Program-made: the position numbers and the translations under genes
From: Candidatus Dojkabacteria bacterium
GTDB taxonomy: Bacteria > Patescibacteriota > Dojkabacteria > SC72 > JAFGCJ01
Assembly: GCA_016929645.1 (NCBI GenBank)
Contig: JAFGIK010000003.1
Span: 6,913-70,912, forward strand
Direction of reading: 5' to 3'
Length of the DNA stretch: 64,000 nt
Shown: positions 18,727 to 27,895 of the stretch, in pieces
How the letters are laid out: each line of letters starts with the position of its first letter
Position numbering within the stretch: the first letter of the stretch is position 1
The notes under the pieces: generated by a model
Told to the model about the DNA's origin: nothing
The model's input: the letters and a program-made list of their open reading frames with translations, nothing else
Database searches by the model: none

Positions 18727-21700
18727 TTAATATCCTGGGTGAGGGTTATCTCCTGTTAATCTACCAGGATTCTGTTGCCATCCAAGTGTTGGTATTTGAT
18801 TCCAGTCTGTATCAATATATGGGACAGGATTGACATGGGTGGATTGATTGCGATTTTGTCGCAGCTCAAAATGTAGATGATATCCAAGAGCTTGGCAATT
18901 CCAAGCTCCTGTATTACCTGATGTTCCGACAATTTCCCCTTTTCTAATCCTTTCATTTATGCTCCAATTTGTCCCGTTATTTTTTTTGTAATTAGCCAGA
19001 TGGAAATAAACTGTGTTCATTCCGTTGTCATGTTCTATCCTGACAAAATTTCCTCCTGAAAAACACTGGCCATAATAACTATCCCAACCAACAGCTTTGA
19101 TGTATCCATCAGCTGGCGAGATAATTTTCTCGTTTACTGATCCGAAATCTATGCCCATATGCGGACTTTGATATGCCGTATATCCGTGCCATTGAGTTAC
19201 TCCGATTAACCTATTAAATATAAATGTAAAGAATTTTCCTTTATTTGGTGTGATACTTTTGGGAATGGATAAAACATTTGTGCGTCTAGTTGTAGTTTCA
19301 ACTTTTATCCAAATATTTTCTATTGATGCATATCCGATTTGTTTTGTCTCAAAGGCGATCTGTTTTCCTGTTTGGTCTGAGTGAGTCACTAGATTCAGTT
19401 GAAAATATCCTTGTGGATCAATTATTTTGGCAGATTCATATATTGTTCCACTATAGTCTTTTATTTTTGGGTAGAATATAGCCTTTGTTTGTACAATAGT
19501 TTTGGATGTATCATATTGTTCGTCAATACAGGTGAACCATGTTCTTGGATCGAGAAAGCTCTTAGCTTTGCATCTGTAATAATCGACCTGTAGAAGAATT
19601 TGTGGTTGTAGCGCTCCATAAATAGATATTGTGTAATCGCCTTGGGTATTCTTACCCTTGTTTATAACTTCAGAGAGATTAATCTCTGCAGATTTGCATT
19701 GATCCATATGAAATGAGTTGTTATCTTTATGCATTATCGCTGTGCATTTAGGAAGTTTAGGTATTTGAGGGAAGTTCTTAGTGTTATCAAATCCTGACCC
19801 TATGCCAATAGTCTTTTGGGGTGGAGTTTTAATTTCTTTGGTGTCAGCATATGGGCTTTTATTTAAAGCTTTATCTTCAAGATATGTAAACACAGAGTAT
19901 GTAGTATTATCTGCATATTTATGTATTATTTGGATTTTTTCTTGAGGCCTAGCCATTTTTACTGGTGTTAGTTTAATTCCGTTAACGAATATATATGCCA
20001 ATGTATCTATTTCTCCGTCAATATACATGTTTATTGTTCTACTTTGATTGTCGATTTCAAGACTGAATTCTGGTTTTTGAGGGGGTATTGTGTCTACAAC
20101 GAAATTTACGGTGGAATTGGACTTATTTTGTGCAAGATCTTTGCTTACAATTGTAAATTTATTGATTCCTTCATTAGCATAAGCATTTTTTGGTGTTTCA
20201 TTTCCAAGTAAGTACTGGTTTAGCATGTCATTTAGGTAGATTATTTGAGATGAACCCAATTCTACATTTAGACTGATTTGTACAGAATTCGTGTTGTAAT
20301 AATGATTGTTGATAGGGCTATGTATGACAGGTTTAGCCGGAGAAACGTTATCTATATATAATCTTATTGATTCTGATCTTGCTTTATGATCAAATTGATC
20401 TGTAGCCTCTAGATATGCGAAGTAGCTTCCATCTGGAACATCTGGATTAATTGGCCATTCAAAGTTTTCACTCTGACTTGTTATTTTGCCAAATGTTTTT
20501 TCGTGTTTATCGTTTACGATTACGAGTTCAATTTTTTTAAGAGTGGGATCTTCAATCATGACTTCTATTTGAGCAAAGTCGTTTTCTCCTTTGCTTGTTG
20601 TATTGCTGGGTGAAATATTTACTGGAGCAATGTTAAATTTTTTAATTTGTGGAATCCCACTGTCCTGAGTAGATTTTGTTGTCTCAGAGGATTGAGAGAT
20701 GTTGCCAGCGCTATCTCTGGCAAATACTCTGTAATAGTAAGTTTGGCCATCATTCAGGTTCGAGAATGTTGCAGAAGTACTTTTCTCCCATTCTGTTTGC
20801 TGAAAGATTTCAGAGAATTCCTTAGACAGTGATATTTGTGCTTGATAATCAATATTTCTCTGATCTGTGAAGTTATCTTTGGAATTTCTCCAGTTTATTT
20901 GATTACTATTTCCGTTTGTGAATGGAGGTTCAATAATTATTTCTGGTACACTTGGGGAAGTAATATCAACTGTTAAAGAATATATGTTCGATTTGGTTTG
21001 ACCTGTTGTTCCGCCGTGTTCGTCAAATGCAATCACCCTCCAGAAATAATTGTTTTCTTCAATATTATTTATGTAAAAAAAAGGTAATTTTTCAAGGTTA
21101 CTTTGATACATAATATTTTTAAAATCAGTATCAATTGCCAGTTCAAGTTTATACGAGACCTCTTCGTTATCTGGATCTGTTGTTGTCTGAGAACGGAAGA
21201 TCATGTTTGTATTATTAGTATGAATATTATTTTCTGGAGATAATAGATAAAAATTATATGGAGGATTGTTGGGTTTATAAGTGATAGAAATATATGGTTT
21301 TTGGTAAGGTTCGCAGGGATAAGGAGTAGGGGTATTTAAACATGAGATTGACCAGAAAATTGCTGCAGGATTGTATTGATCTGATAGCTTTAGCAAAAGA
21401 CCTTTATCTTCATGATCATACAGAATTGAAGTTTTTACATAATCTGTAATATCAATTGATTTCCAGGTGATTGTTGGCGAGATTATTGTTTGAGATATCA
21501 AGGTTCGTGGAGATGGCTGATTGTTCCAGTTGAGCGTTTGTTCCTGCCAGTCAGTAGATGGAATGTATGCATATAGGATTGTGTCGTTTGTGCCTTCATA
21601 TTCATACATATAAATATTCAATTTAGCGGATATGATATCTTTTGGTAATAGATCGGAAATATCTGAGAAATCGGCCTTGATAAAGGAGTTTGTCAGTTTC

Positions 21701-21894
21701 TTTGTATAATATGTATCGTACCCGACATAAAAGTTCCGATTATTCCAGGGAGAAATCGTTGGAAATCCTTCTTCCACATATGTATCCTGAGAAATCGGGA
21801 TTATGACATCTTCTGCATTGATTCCTTGTGGAAAAATACAGTAAAAAAGGATAGTTATAATTACAGTCAGAAAGAAGATGTTTTTTATTCTCAT
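18727..21894 (-). CDS. large secreted M23/LytM-family metallopeptidase with FN3-like modules
   Basis: Signal peptide. C-terminal 'HMGIDFG' (HxxxD) and 'GYHLHFELR' (HxH) motifs of M23 peptidases. Central FN3-like segments of about 90 aa ('YYYRVFARDSAGNIS'). Confidence 0.85.
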   Translation of the reverse strand: MRIKNIFFLTVIITILFYCIFPQGINAEDVIIPISQDTYVEEGFPTISPWNNRNFYVGYDTYYTKKLTNSFIKADFSDISDLLPKDIISAKLNIYMYEYEGTNDTILYAYIPSTDWQEQTLNWNNQPSPRTLISQTIISPTITWKSIDITDYVKTSILYDHEDKGLLLKLSDQYNPAAIFWSISCLNTPTPYPCEPYQKPYISITYKPNNPPYNFYLLSPENNIHTNNTNMIFRSQTTTDPDNEEVSYKLELAIDTDFKNIMYQSNLEKLPFFYINNIEENNYFWRVIAFDEHGGTTGQTKSNIYSLTVDITSPSVPEIIIEPPFTNGNSNQINWRNSKDNFTDQRNIDYQAQISLSKEFSEIFQQTEWEKSTSATFSNLNDGQTYYYRVFARDSAGNISQSSETTKSTQDSGIPQIKKFNIAPVNISPSNTTSKGENDFAQIEVMIEDPTLKKIELVIVNDKHEKTFGKITSQSENFEWPINPDVPDGSYFAYLEATDQFDHKARSESIRLYIDNVSPAKPVIHSPINNHYYNTNSVQISLNVELGSSQIIYLNDMLNQYLLGNETPKNAYANEGINKFTIVSKDLAQNKSNSTVNFVVDTIPPQKPEFSLEIDNQSRTINMYIDGEIDTLAYIFVNGIKLTPVKMARPQEKIQIIHKYADNTTYSVFTYLEDKALNKSPYADTKEIKTPPQKTIGIGSGFDNTKNFPQIPKLPKCTAIMHKDNNSFHMDQCKSAEINLSEVINKGKNTQGDYTISIYGALQPQILLQVDYYRCKAKSFLDPRTWFTCIDEQYDTSKTIVQTKAIFYPKIKDYSGTIYESAKIIDPQGYFQLNLVTHSDQTGKQIAFETKQIGYASIENIWIKVETTTRRTNVLSIPKSITPNKGKFFTFIFNRLIGVTQWHGYTAYQSPHMGIDFGSVNEKIISPADGYIKAVGWDSYYGQCFSGGNFVRIEHDNGMNTVYFHLANYKKNNGTNWSINERIRKGEIVGTSGNTGAWNCQALGYHLHFELRQNRNQSTHVNPVPYIDTDWNQIPTLGWQQNPGRLTGDNPHPGY

Positions 21895-22019
21895 GTTTCT
21901 TATTATATTTTTTGATTATTAAAAAAATATAAACTGCAATATATTTCTATCTGTATGCAAAATTTGATTATAACGAACCTTTATTTTCAAAAGAAAATTA
22001 TTTCGAAACTTGTCAGTCA

Positions 22020-22028
22020 TGATATAAT
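22020..22028 (+). promoter_or_regulatory. extended -10 promoter element (TGaTATAAT) for secA
   Basis: 'TGATATAAT' ends 8 nt upstream of the secA ATG at 22037, implying a leaderless or 1-2 nt-leader transcript. No good -35. Confidence 0.3.
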
Positions 22029-22036
22029 ACCTTCGT

Positions 22037-25000
22037 ATGTTTAAATTCCTTTCGAATCTTTTTGATTCAAATGAAAAACAATTGAATAAGTATCGTCCAC
22101 TTGTTGAGAAAATCAATGAACTAGATAGTTCTGTCAGTAAATTATCAGACGAGGAACTGTCCCAAAAAACTAAAGAACTAAGAGAAAAACTGGATATTGA
22201 TTTAGAAAAGGCAAGAGATATAAGAGATCCCTTTTTACCAGTTCTTACAAAAGCTGATATAGAAGGTGATACTCAAGATGTAAAAAGGAAATTGGATGAA
22301 GTATTAGTAGAAGCTTATGCGTATGTAAAGGAAGCTGCTAAAAGAAAAACACTACATAAACCTTTTGATGTCCAGGTGCTTGGAGGCATTTTCCTTGCAA
22401 ATGGGTTTGTTACGGAGCTGTTTACTGGAGAGGGAAAAACTCTTGTAGCTACAATGCCATTATTCTTATATGGTCTTTTTGGCAAAAGTGCACATCTTGT
22501 CACTGTTAATGATTATCTTGCAAAAAGAGATGGCGAGTGGTCTGGCCATATTTATAACGCTCTTGGTATGAGCCTTGGTATTATCACGCCTGGTGCTTCG
22601 TATAAGTTTGTTAGTGATGAGGAAATATTAAAGATAAAACCGGAAGAAGCTCAAAAAGGTATAGCAGAACGTAAAAAGATTATTGAAAAAAATGGAAGGC
22701 TTCTTATGAGTTCAATGAATGGTTTGAATCTTGTATCCTGTACTAAAAAAGAGGCTTATGATTGCGATATTGTTTATGGAACAAATAATGAATTCGGTTT
22801 TGATTATCTTCGAGATAATATGTCGAAAAGTCTTGAGCAGAGAGTTCAAAGTCCACTTTTTTACTCAATTGTTGATGAATGTGACTCTATTTTGATTGAT
22901 GAAGCACGAACTCCTTTGATAATCTCTTCGCCAGCAGCTGATACAAATGAACTATACCAAAAGTTTGCTTCAATTGTTAATAACTTAAAAGATGTTGATG
23001 ATTATGTTATTGATGAAAAATCTCATGCAGTAAATCTTACAGAGAAAGGTGTGGATAAGGTTGAAAAACTGCTTGGGATCGAAAATATCTGGGAAAATTA
23101 CGCATATGTTCATCATCTTGATAATGCATTGAAGGCAAAGGAACTTTATAAAAAAGATGATAAATATATTATTAAAGAAGGACAAATTTTAATTGTTGAC
23201 GAATTTACAGGTCGTGTTTTGGAAGGTCGTCGGTATAGCGAAGGTTTACATCAGGCAATAGAAGCAAAAGAAAACGTTCCTATAAAAAAAGAATCAAGGA
23301 CTCTTGCTACTATTACTTTTCAGAATTATTTTCGTTTGTATGACTTTCTTGCGGGTATGACCGGAACGGCATTAACTGAAGCAGAGGAGTTTGCAGATAT
23401 CTATGATCTTGAGGTTATTGTTGTTCCTACCGATAAGCCAGTTATAAGAAAAGATCTACCCGATTTTGTTTTCAGGACTCAGGCAGGCAAGTTTAACGCT
23501 GTTGTTGAAGAAATAAAGGAATTATACGAGTCTGGTCGACCAGTACTTGTTGGTACAACATCTGTTGAAAAATCAGAGTTGTTATCAAGTATGCTTAAAA
23601 AAGATGGTATTCCACACAATGTTCTTAATGCAAAGCAGCATCAAAAAGAAGCAATGATTGTCTCTCAAGCAGGGCAGAAAGGCCAAATCACAATAGCAAC
23701 TAATATGGCTGGTCGAGGAACAGATATCGCTTTAGGTTCCGGAGTAAAAGATCTTGGAGGTTTACATATTATTGGTACTGAACGTCATGAATCTCGAAGA
23801 ATTGATAACCAGCTTCGAGGTAGATCTGGACGTCTTGGAGATCCAGGATCTTCTCGTTTTTATGTGTCATTTCAGGACGATTTGATGAGGTTATTTGGTG
23901 GCGATTCTGTTACGAATTTGTTAGGTAACACTAAAATTGAAGATGATATACCTCTTGAACTTGGAATTGTTGGTCGATCTATTGAGAGTGCTCAGCGAAA
24001 AGTTGAATCCTACAACTTTGATATTCGAAAACATTTGGTTGAGTACGATGACGTGCTTAATCAGCAACGTGAGATTATTTATGACTGGCGTCGAAAAATT
24101 CTTACAATTGTTGCTAAAAATGTTGTTGATAATGAGAGGGAAAAAGATGTTCCTGAATTTGGTAAAAGGGAAATTGATTATGATTTTTCTGTTCTCGATA
24201 GAGAGTTTGCTCAAAATGTATATGATCAATTAATGAATTTTTCATTAAATAATCCTGATACCTGGACAGTTTCATTTGAATCAGAGGATAATGAAGAGGT
24301 TTTAACAAAACCATTGCGTTTATGGATTCTTAAAATCTCGCTCTCACAGGTGGATTTTGTTTTGTCTTCTCAGTTGAAGGATGATGCAAAAATTGATGAC
24401 CTGGAGGAAAGGAATATATTACAGGGATTTCTTGATATTGTCCCTCACGATCTTGCTGATTTTGCAAGCAGAAAAATTGGCTATAAAGGATGGGACGATT
24501 TTTCGGCAAAATTTTACGAGGGAGAAGATATTCAATCAAGGAAAATGGAGCTTGTTCGAGTTATTATCTCAGCATATATATGCCATATTATTAGCCTCAA
24601 AGATGTTGTAATTAGTAATGTAGAAAAACTATTAATCCTTCAAACTATTGATAATCTCTGGGTTGAACATCTCGATTTAATGACTGATCTTCGACAAGGC
24701 ATCACTTTAAGACAATATGCTCACAAAGATCCGCTAGTGGAGTACAAAAATGAGGGTTTTAATATGTTTGATAAAATGCTTAACCAAATTGAAGATAATA
24801 TTGTTAAGAGATTTTACAAAGTCAGACTTGTAAAAAAAACACCTGAGCCTGAGGTTTCTAAGGTGGCCGCACTTCATGAAGCACCTAAACAAAGTCTTAT
24901 TCGAGGAGGTGATAACAGACCTGGTGCTAATGTTTCAAAAATAAAGACTATTAAAAAGTCGGCTAGCGTAGGGCGTAATGACCCGTGTCCTTGTGGAAGT

Positions 25001-25045
25001 GGTAAGAAGTACAAAAAATGTTGTTACCCTCAGTATGGTAAATAG
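22037..25045 (+). CDS. secA: preprotein translocase ATPase SecA
   Basis: SecA N-terminus 'MFKFLSNLFDSNEKQLNKYRPLVEKIN'. DEAD-motor motifs ('MPLFLYGLFGKSAHLVTVNDYLAKRD', 'DECDSILIDEARTPLIIS', 'TNMAGRGTDI'). C-terminal zinc-binding tail 'CPCGSGKKYKKCC'. Confidence 0.97.
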   Translation: MFKFLSNLFDSNEKQLNKYRPLVEKINELDSSVSKLSDEELSQKTKELREKLDIDLEKARDIRDPFLPVLTKADIEGDTQDVKRKLDEVLVEAYAYVKEAAKRKTLHKPFDVQVLGGIFLANGFVTELFTGEGKTLVATMPLFLYGLFGKSAHLVTVNDYLAKRDGEWSGHIYNALGMSLGIITPGASYKFVSDEEILKIKPEEAQKGIAERKKIIEKNGRLLMSSMNGLNLVSCTKKEAYDCDIVYGTNNEFGFDYLRDNMSKSLEQRVQSPLFYSIVDECDSILIDEARTPLIISSPAADTNELYQKFASIVNNLKDVDDYVIDEKSHAVNLTEKGVDKVEKLLGIENIWENYAYVHHLDNALKAKELYKKDDKYIIKEGQILIVDEFTGRVLEGRRYSEGLHQAIEAKENVPIKKESRTLATITFQNYFRLYDFLAGMTGTALTEAEEFADIYDLEVIVVPTDKPVIRKDLPDFVFRTQAGKFNAVVEEIKELYESGRPVLVGTTSVEKSELLSSMLKKDGIPHNVLNAKQHQKEAMIVSQAGQKGQITIATNMAGRGTDIALGSGVKDLGGLHIIGTERHESRRIDNQLRGRSGRLGDPGSSRFYVSFQDDLMRLFGGDSVTNLLGNTKIEDDIPLELGIVGRSIESAQRKVESYNFDIRKHLVEYDDVLNQQREIIYDWRRKILTIVAKNVVDNEREKDVPEFGKREIDYDFSVLDREFAQNVYDQLMNFSLNNPDTWTVSFESEDNEEVLTKPLRLWILKISLSQVDFVLSSQLKDDAKIDDLEERNILQGFLDIVPHDLADFASRKIGYKGWDDFSAKFYEGEDIQSRKMELVRVIISAYICHIISLKDVVISNVEKLLILQTIDNLWVEHLDLMTDLRQGITLRQYAHKDPLVEYKNEGFNMFDKMLNQIEDNIVKRFYKVRLVKKTPEPEVSKVAALHEAPKQSLIRGGDNRPGANVSKIKTIKKSASVGRNDPCPCGSGKKYKKCCYPQYGK

Positions 25046-25201
25046 CGAGATTGGACTGTTTGTTAATTTTAATAAGTTATGTTTTAAATTCTTGCTAACA
25101 TAAACTTGACTCTGAATTTATTATAAACTTCCTAGTTCAAATTTTTCCCTATTTGTGATAATCTAATAAAATATTATTAGGTTAACTTTATTCATCAAAT
25201 A

Positions 25202-25639
25202 TTGATGCCTGGCAAAAAGAAAATATCAAAATCTGCCAAACAGAAAGTGAGAGTTTTGCACATTAAATGTACCAACTGTGGGGAAGAAGATGTAAAAGCA
25301 ATCTATTGTGACCATTGTGAAAGTCCATACCTTGATATTGAGATTGTAGAGAAGAATCTTGATGATGTCGAAAATGATGACTCAATTGTGAAGACTTCTT
25401 GTTCGCATGACATTAAAGCAACTGAGAAAGCTGCTACTGAGCCTGATGCCGAAGCTGATACCGAAAGTGATATTGTAGGGTCACCTGATGAAAATGATGT
25501 GTGGGAGAGTGGTCTTGGTGAAATATTTCCAGGCAGTGAATATGGTGATGACGAGGATGGTACACATGGAGATGACCATTCTGAAGGAGCTGATGATTTG
25601 GATTTGAACGATATGGTTGATATTCTGGATAACGAATGA
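25202..25639 (+). CDS. small acidic protein with N-terminal zinc-ribbon (CxxC...CxxC)
   Basis: 'CTNCGEEDVKAIYCDHCESP' followed by a strongly D/E-rich tail. Antisense ORFs over this region are compositional mirror artefacts. Confidence 0.5.
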   Translation: MMPGKKKISKSAKQKVRVLHIKCTNCGEEDVKAIYCDHCESPYLDIEIVEKNLDDVENDDSIVKTSCSHDIKATEKAATEPDAEADTESDIVGSPDENDVWESGLGEIFPGSEYGDDEDGTHGDDHSEGADDLDLNDMVDILDNE

Positions 25640-25829
25640 AGCCAAGGGAGATACATATTTTATACCGGTTTGACAATATATGATATCGAATTTTTTCGAT
25701 TCAGAACTTGTCATATGTGTTGGAGTATTGTTTAAGGTATTTGCTTCAAATTTTTCTCCGTTTTTGTCGAAATTGTAGTAAAATCATAATAACTCAGTAG
25801 AGAGGCTTTTTTAATTTGAGTTAAAATTT

Positions 25830-25903
25830 GGACCCTTAGCTCAGCTGGCTAGAGCACACGATTCACATTCGTGGGGTCACTGGTTCGATTCCAGTAGGGT
25901 CCA
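25830..25903 (+). tRNA. tRNA-Val (anticodon CAC), CCA not encoded
   Basis: Acceptor GGACCCT/AGGGTCC, D-arm 'GCTCagctggctaGAGC', anticodon stem CACGA/TCGTG with loop 'ttCACat', T-arm 'ACTGGttcgattCCAGT', discriminator A. Folded manually. Confidence 0.9.
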
Positions 25904-25947
25904 ATGAGGTCAAAATCCAAAACACATTTGGATTTTGACCTCATTGG
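25901..25947 (+). terminator. 21-bp perfect hairpin immediately 3' of tRNA-Val followed by T-rich tract
   Basis: 'ccaatgaggtcaaaatccaaa-acaca-tttggattttgacctcattgg' then 'tttcttt'. Left arm overlaps the last 3 nt of the tRNA. Confidence 0.5.
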
Positions 25948-26063
25948 TTTCTTTATGAGCGAACCAAGGTTCGCAACTGGAGGCCCGAGAATCCGAGCTA
26001 GCGAAGGATGATCGGCAGCCGACAGGAGTACTTCGAATACGAGAGATCACATGAATGAGAAGT

Positions 26064-26085
26064 GATTCCAGTAGGGTCCAATGAG
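26064..26085 (+). repeat. 22-nt direct repeat of the tRNA-Val 3' end (copy 2; copy 1 at 25887-25908)
   Basis: 'gattccagtagggtccaatgag' occurs at 25887-25908 (T-loop G57 through discriminator plus 5 nt) and again at 26064-26085, bracketing a ~155-nt insert. This is an att-site-like duplication. Confidence 0.8.
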
Positions 26086-26257
26086 AAATTTACGGTCAAT
26101 TGATAATGTTAAGTAAACCTTTTGATATAGATTCATTTCGTATTTTTACCTCAAAACATGTCAGTGTTATAAAATATGATTCTCCTTTTTATTAACTTTT
26201 GTGGTATATTGTTGTTTTCGCTATAAATCCTGAAGCTAAACTATAAATTCAAACATA

Positions 26258-26992
26258 TTGCCATTTGTTTATACCTTAATCTCAACAATACTTATCAGTC
26301 TGATTGCCTTTGTCGGATTAATAATCTTGTTTTTCAGTGATGACAAAATAAAGAAGATAGTCGAAGTCTTGCTAGCATTTTCAGCAGGAGCTCTAATAGG
26401 TGGAGCTTTTTTTCACCTTCTTCCGGAATCTGTTGATTCATTAGGTTCTGACATTTCATTTTTTACCGTTCTTGTTTCTTTTGTATTTTTTTTCATAATA
26501 GAGAAAACGTTATTTTGGCATCATTGTCATAATGGAAACTGTAATACTCACTCTTACGGGACAATGAATTTGATTGGGGATAGCTTTCATAATTTTATTG
26601 ATGGTTTGGTAATTGCTGCAGCATATGTTGCCAGTATTCCACTTGGAATAAGTACAACAATTGCGGTAATTATTCATGAAGTACCACAAGAGATCGGTGA
26701 TTTCGGTGCAATTATTCATTCGGGATGGGATAAGAAAAGAGCATTGATTATGAACTTTCTTGTAGCTTTGTTTGTTGTTTTGGGTGGTATTGTTGGCTTG
26801 GTTGCTACTGCTTATATAGATCAGATTGTCAGTTATTTGATGGCGTTTACTGCTGGTGGCTTCATTTATATTTCTTCTTCAGATTTGATTCCTGAGCTGA
26901 AAAAGGGGAGTAGTCTTAAAAAAAGTTTATTTACTGTGCTGGTCTTCGTGTTTGGTATTATGATGATGTATTTGTTGAAATATATTGAATAG
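26258..26992 (+). CDS. ZIP-family divalent metal (Zn/Fe) transporter
   Basis: 'HEVPQEIGDFGAIIHSG' is the ZIP/ZupT signature in a TM helix. 8 predicted TMs, histidine-rich loop 'HHCHNGNCNTH'. Confidence 0.8.
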   Translation: MPFVYTLISTILISLIAFVGLIILFFSDDKIKKIVEVLLAFSAGALIGGAFFHLLPESVDSLGSDISFFTVLVSFVFFFIIEKTLFWHHCHNGNCNTHSYGTMNLIGDSFHNFIDGLVIAAAYVASIPLGISTTIAVIIHEVPQEIGDFGAIIHSGWDKKRALIMNFLVALFVVLGGIVGLVATAYIDQIVSYLMAFTAGGFIYISSSDLIPELKKGSSLKKSLFTVLVFVFGIMMMYLLKYIE

Positions 26993-27019
26993 TCTTGAAT
27001 AAGTTGTTTTTTTCTAAAT

Positions 27020-27715
27020 TTATTCAAGTTTTCTTCCGACGATTTCCCAATTACTTAAGTCCATTGAATTTACCTTAATAACTTTCGAAAAGTTATTGAA
27101 AAATTTTGTGACCTTTGAATTCTGACCTGCTATTTTTGACAGAAGATTATTTATTGGGAAAACATGAAATGGAATTTTTCTATTCTCAAGTATTTGAAAT
27201 CCCTGATCTTTTATCGGTTTTAGAAGTTCTTCCTCTTGTCTATATTCGTGCTTGTGTTCTGGATGGAATTTATTCTCCGATATATTTTGTGGAGACGAAA
27301 AAAAGTTACTGGTTCTATATATTGTTGAGAGGTAAAGAATGCCATTAGGACTTAGAATATCGTATATCTGTTTAATTAGTTCTTTATCGTAATCAAGATG
27401 TTCGATAACCTGGTTGCATATGACGATGTCTATGGATTTTGTTTGAACGTAATTGATATTGCAGTAGTCATCGACCAAGAGGTTGCTGCTTTTCAACAAT
27501 GTATCAATAGATACCTTTTCTGAATTTGTATCAAGTAGATATATATCTTTGTTATCTAAATATCCCTTATCTTTTAATTGGTTTAATACTGATCCATGAC
27601 TACTATTGATGTCGGCTATTGTATCGAATTCGGTGGTTCTTAAATACTTTTCTAATAACTCGGGAATTTCTTGGATTTCGTAGCTGTAATGACTTTTGGG
27701 AGTCTTATTTCTCAT
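27020..27715 (-). CDS. class I SAM-dependent methyltransferase
   Basis: 'IVICNQVIEHLDYDKELIKQIYDILSPNGILYLS' (motif II/III region); N-terminal region carries the SAM-binding fold. Confidence 0.7.
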   Translation of the reverse strand: MRNKTPKSHYSYEIQEIPELLEKYLRTTEFDTIADINSSHGSVLNQLKDKGYLDNKDIYLLDTNSEKVSIDTLLKSSNLLVDDYCNINYVQTKSIDIVICNQVIEHLDYDKELIKQIYDILSPNGILYLSTIYRTSNFFSSPQNISENKFHPEHKHEYRQEEELLKPIKDQGFQILENRKIPFHVFPINNLLSKIAGQNSKVTKFFNNFSKVIKVNSMDLSNWEIVGRKLE

Positions 27716-27895
27716 ATCTGGATGTTAATTTTTATTATACATTCAAATTAGCATTAATATAAAAGTTTCGTCAAATAAAAAAGATGCTTTAATTTAAGGT
27801 TTTTCTTATAATTCTCTTTTATTTTATGATTCTGGTCTTGTTTTAAATCTATTTTTTTGTAACTATATCTTACTAACTTGTTTTGTTTTCTTCTT

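Noticed and set aside
25303-25714. Three overlapping minus-strand ORFs (117, 80 and 77 aa)
   Set aside because: They mirror the D/E-rich plus-strand gene 25202-25639 (GAx codon runs give open antisense frames) and have low-complexity S/P/H-rich translations. Treated as artefacts.
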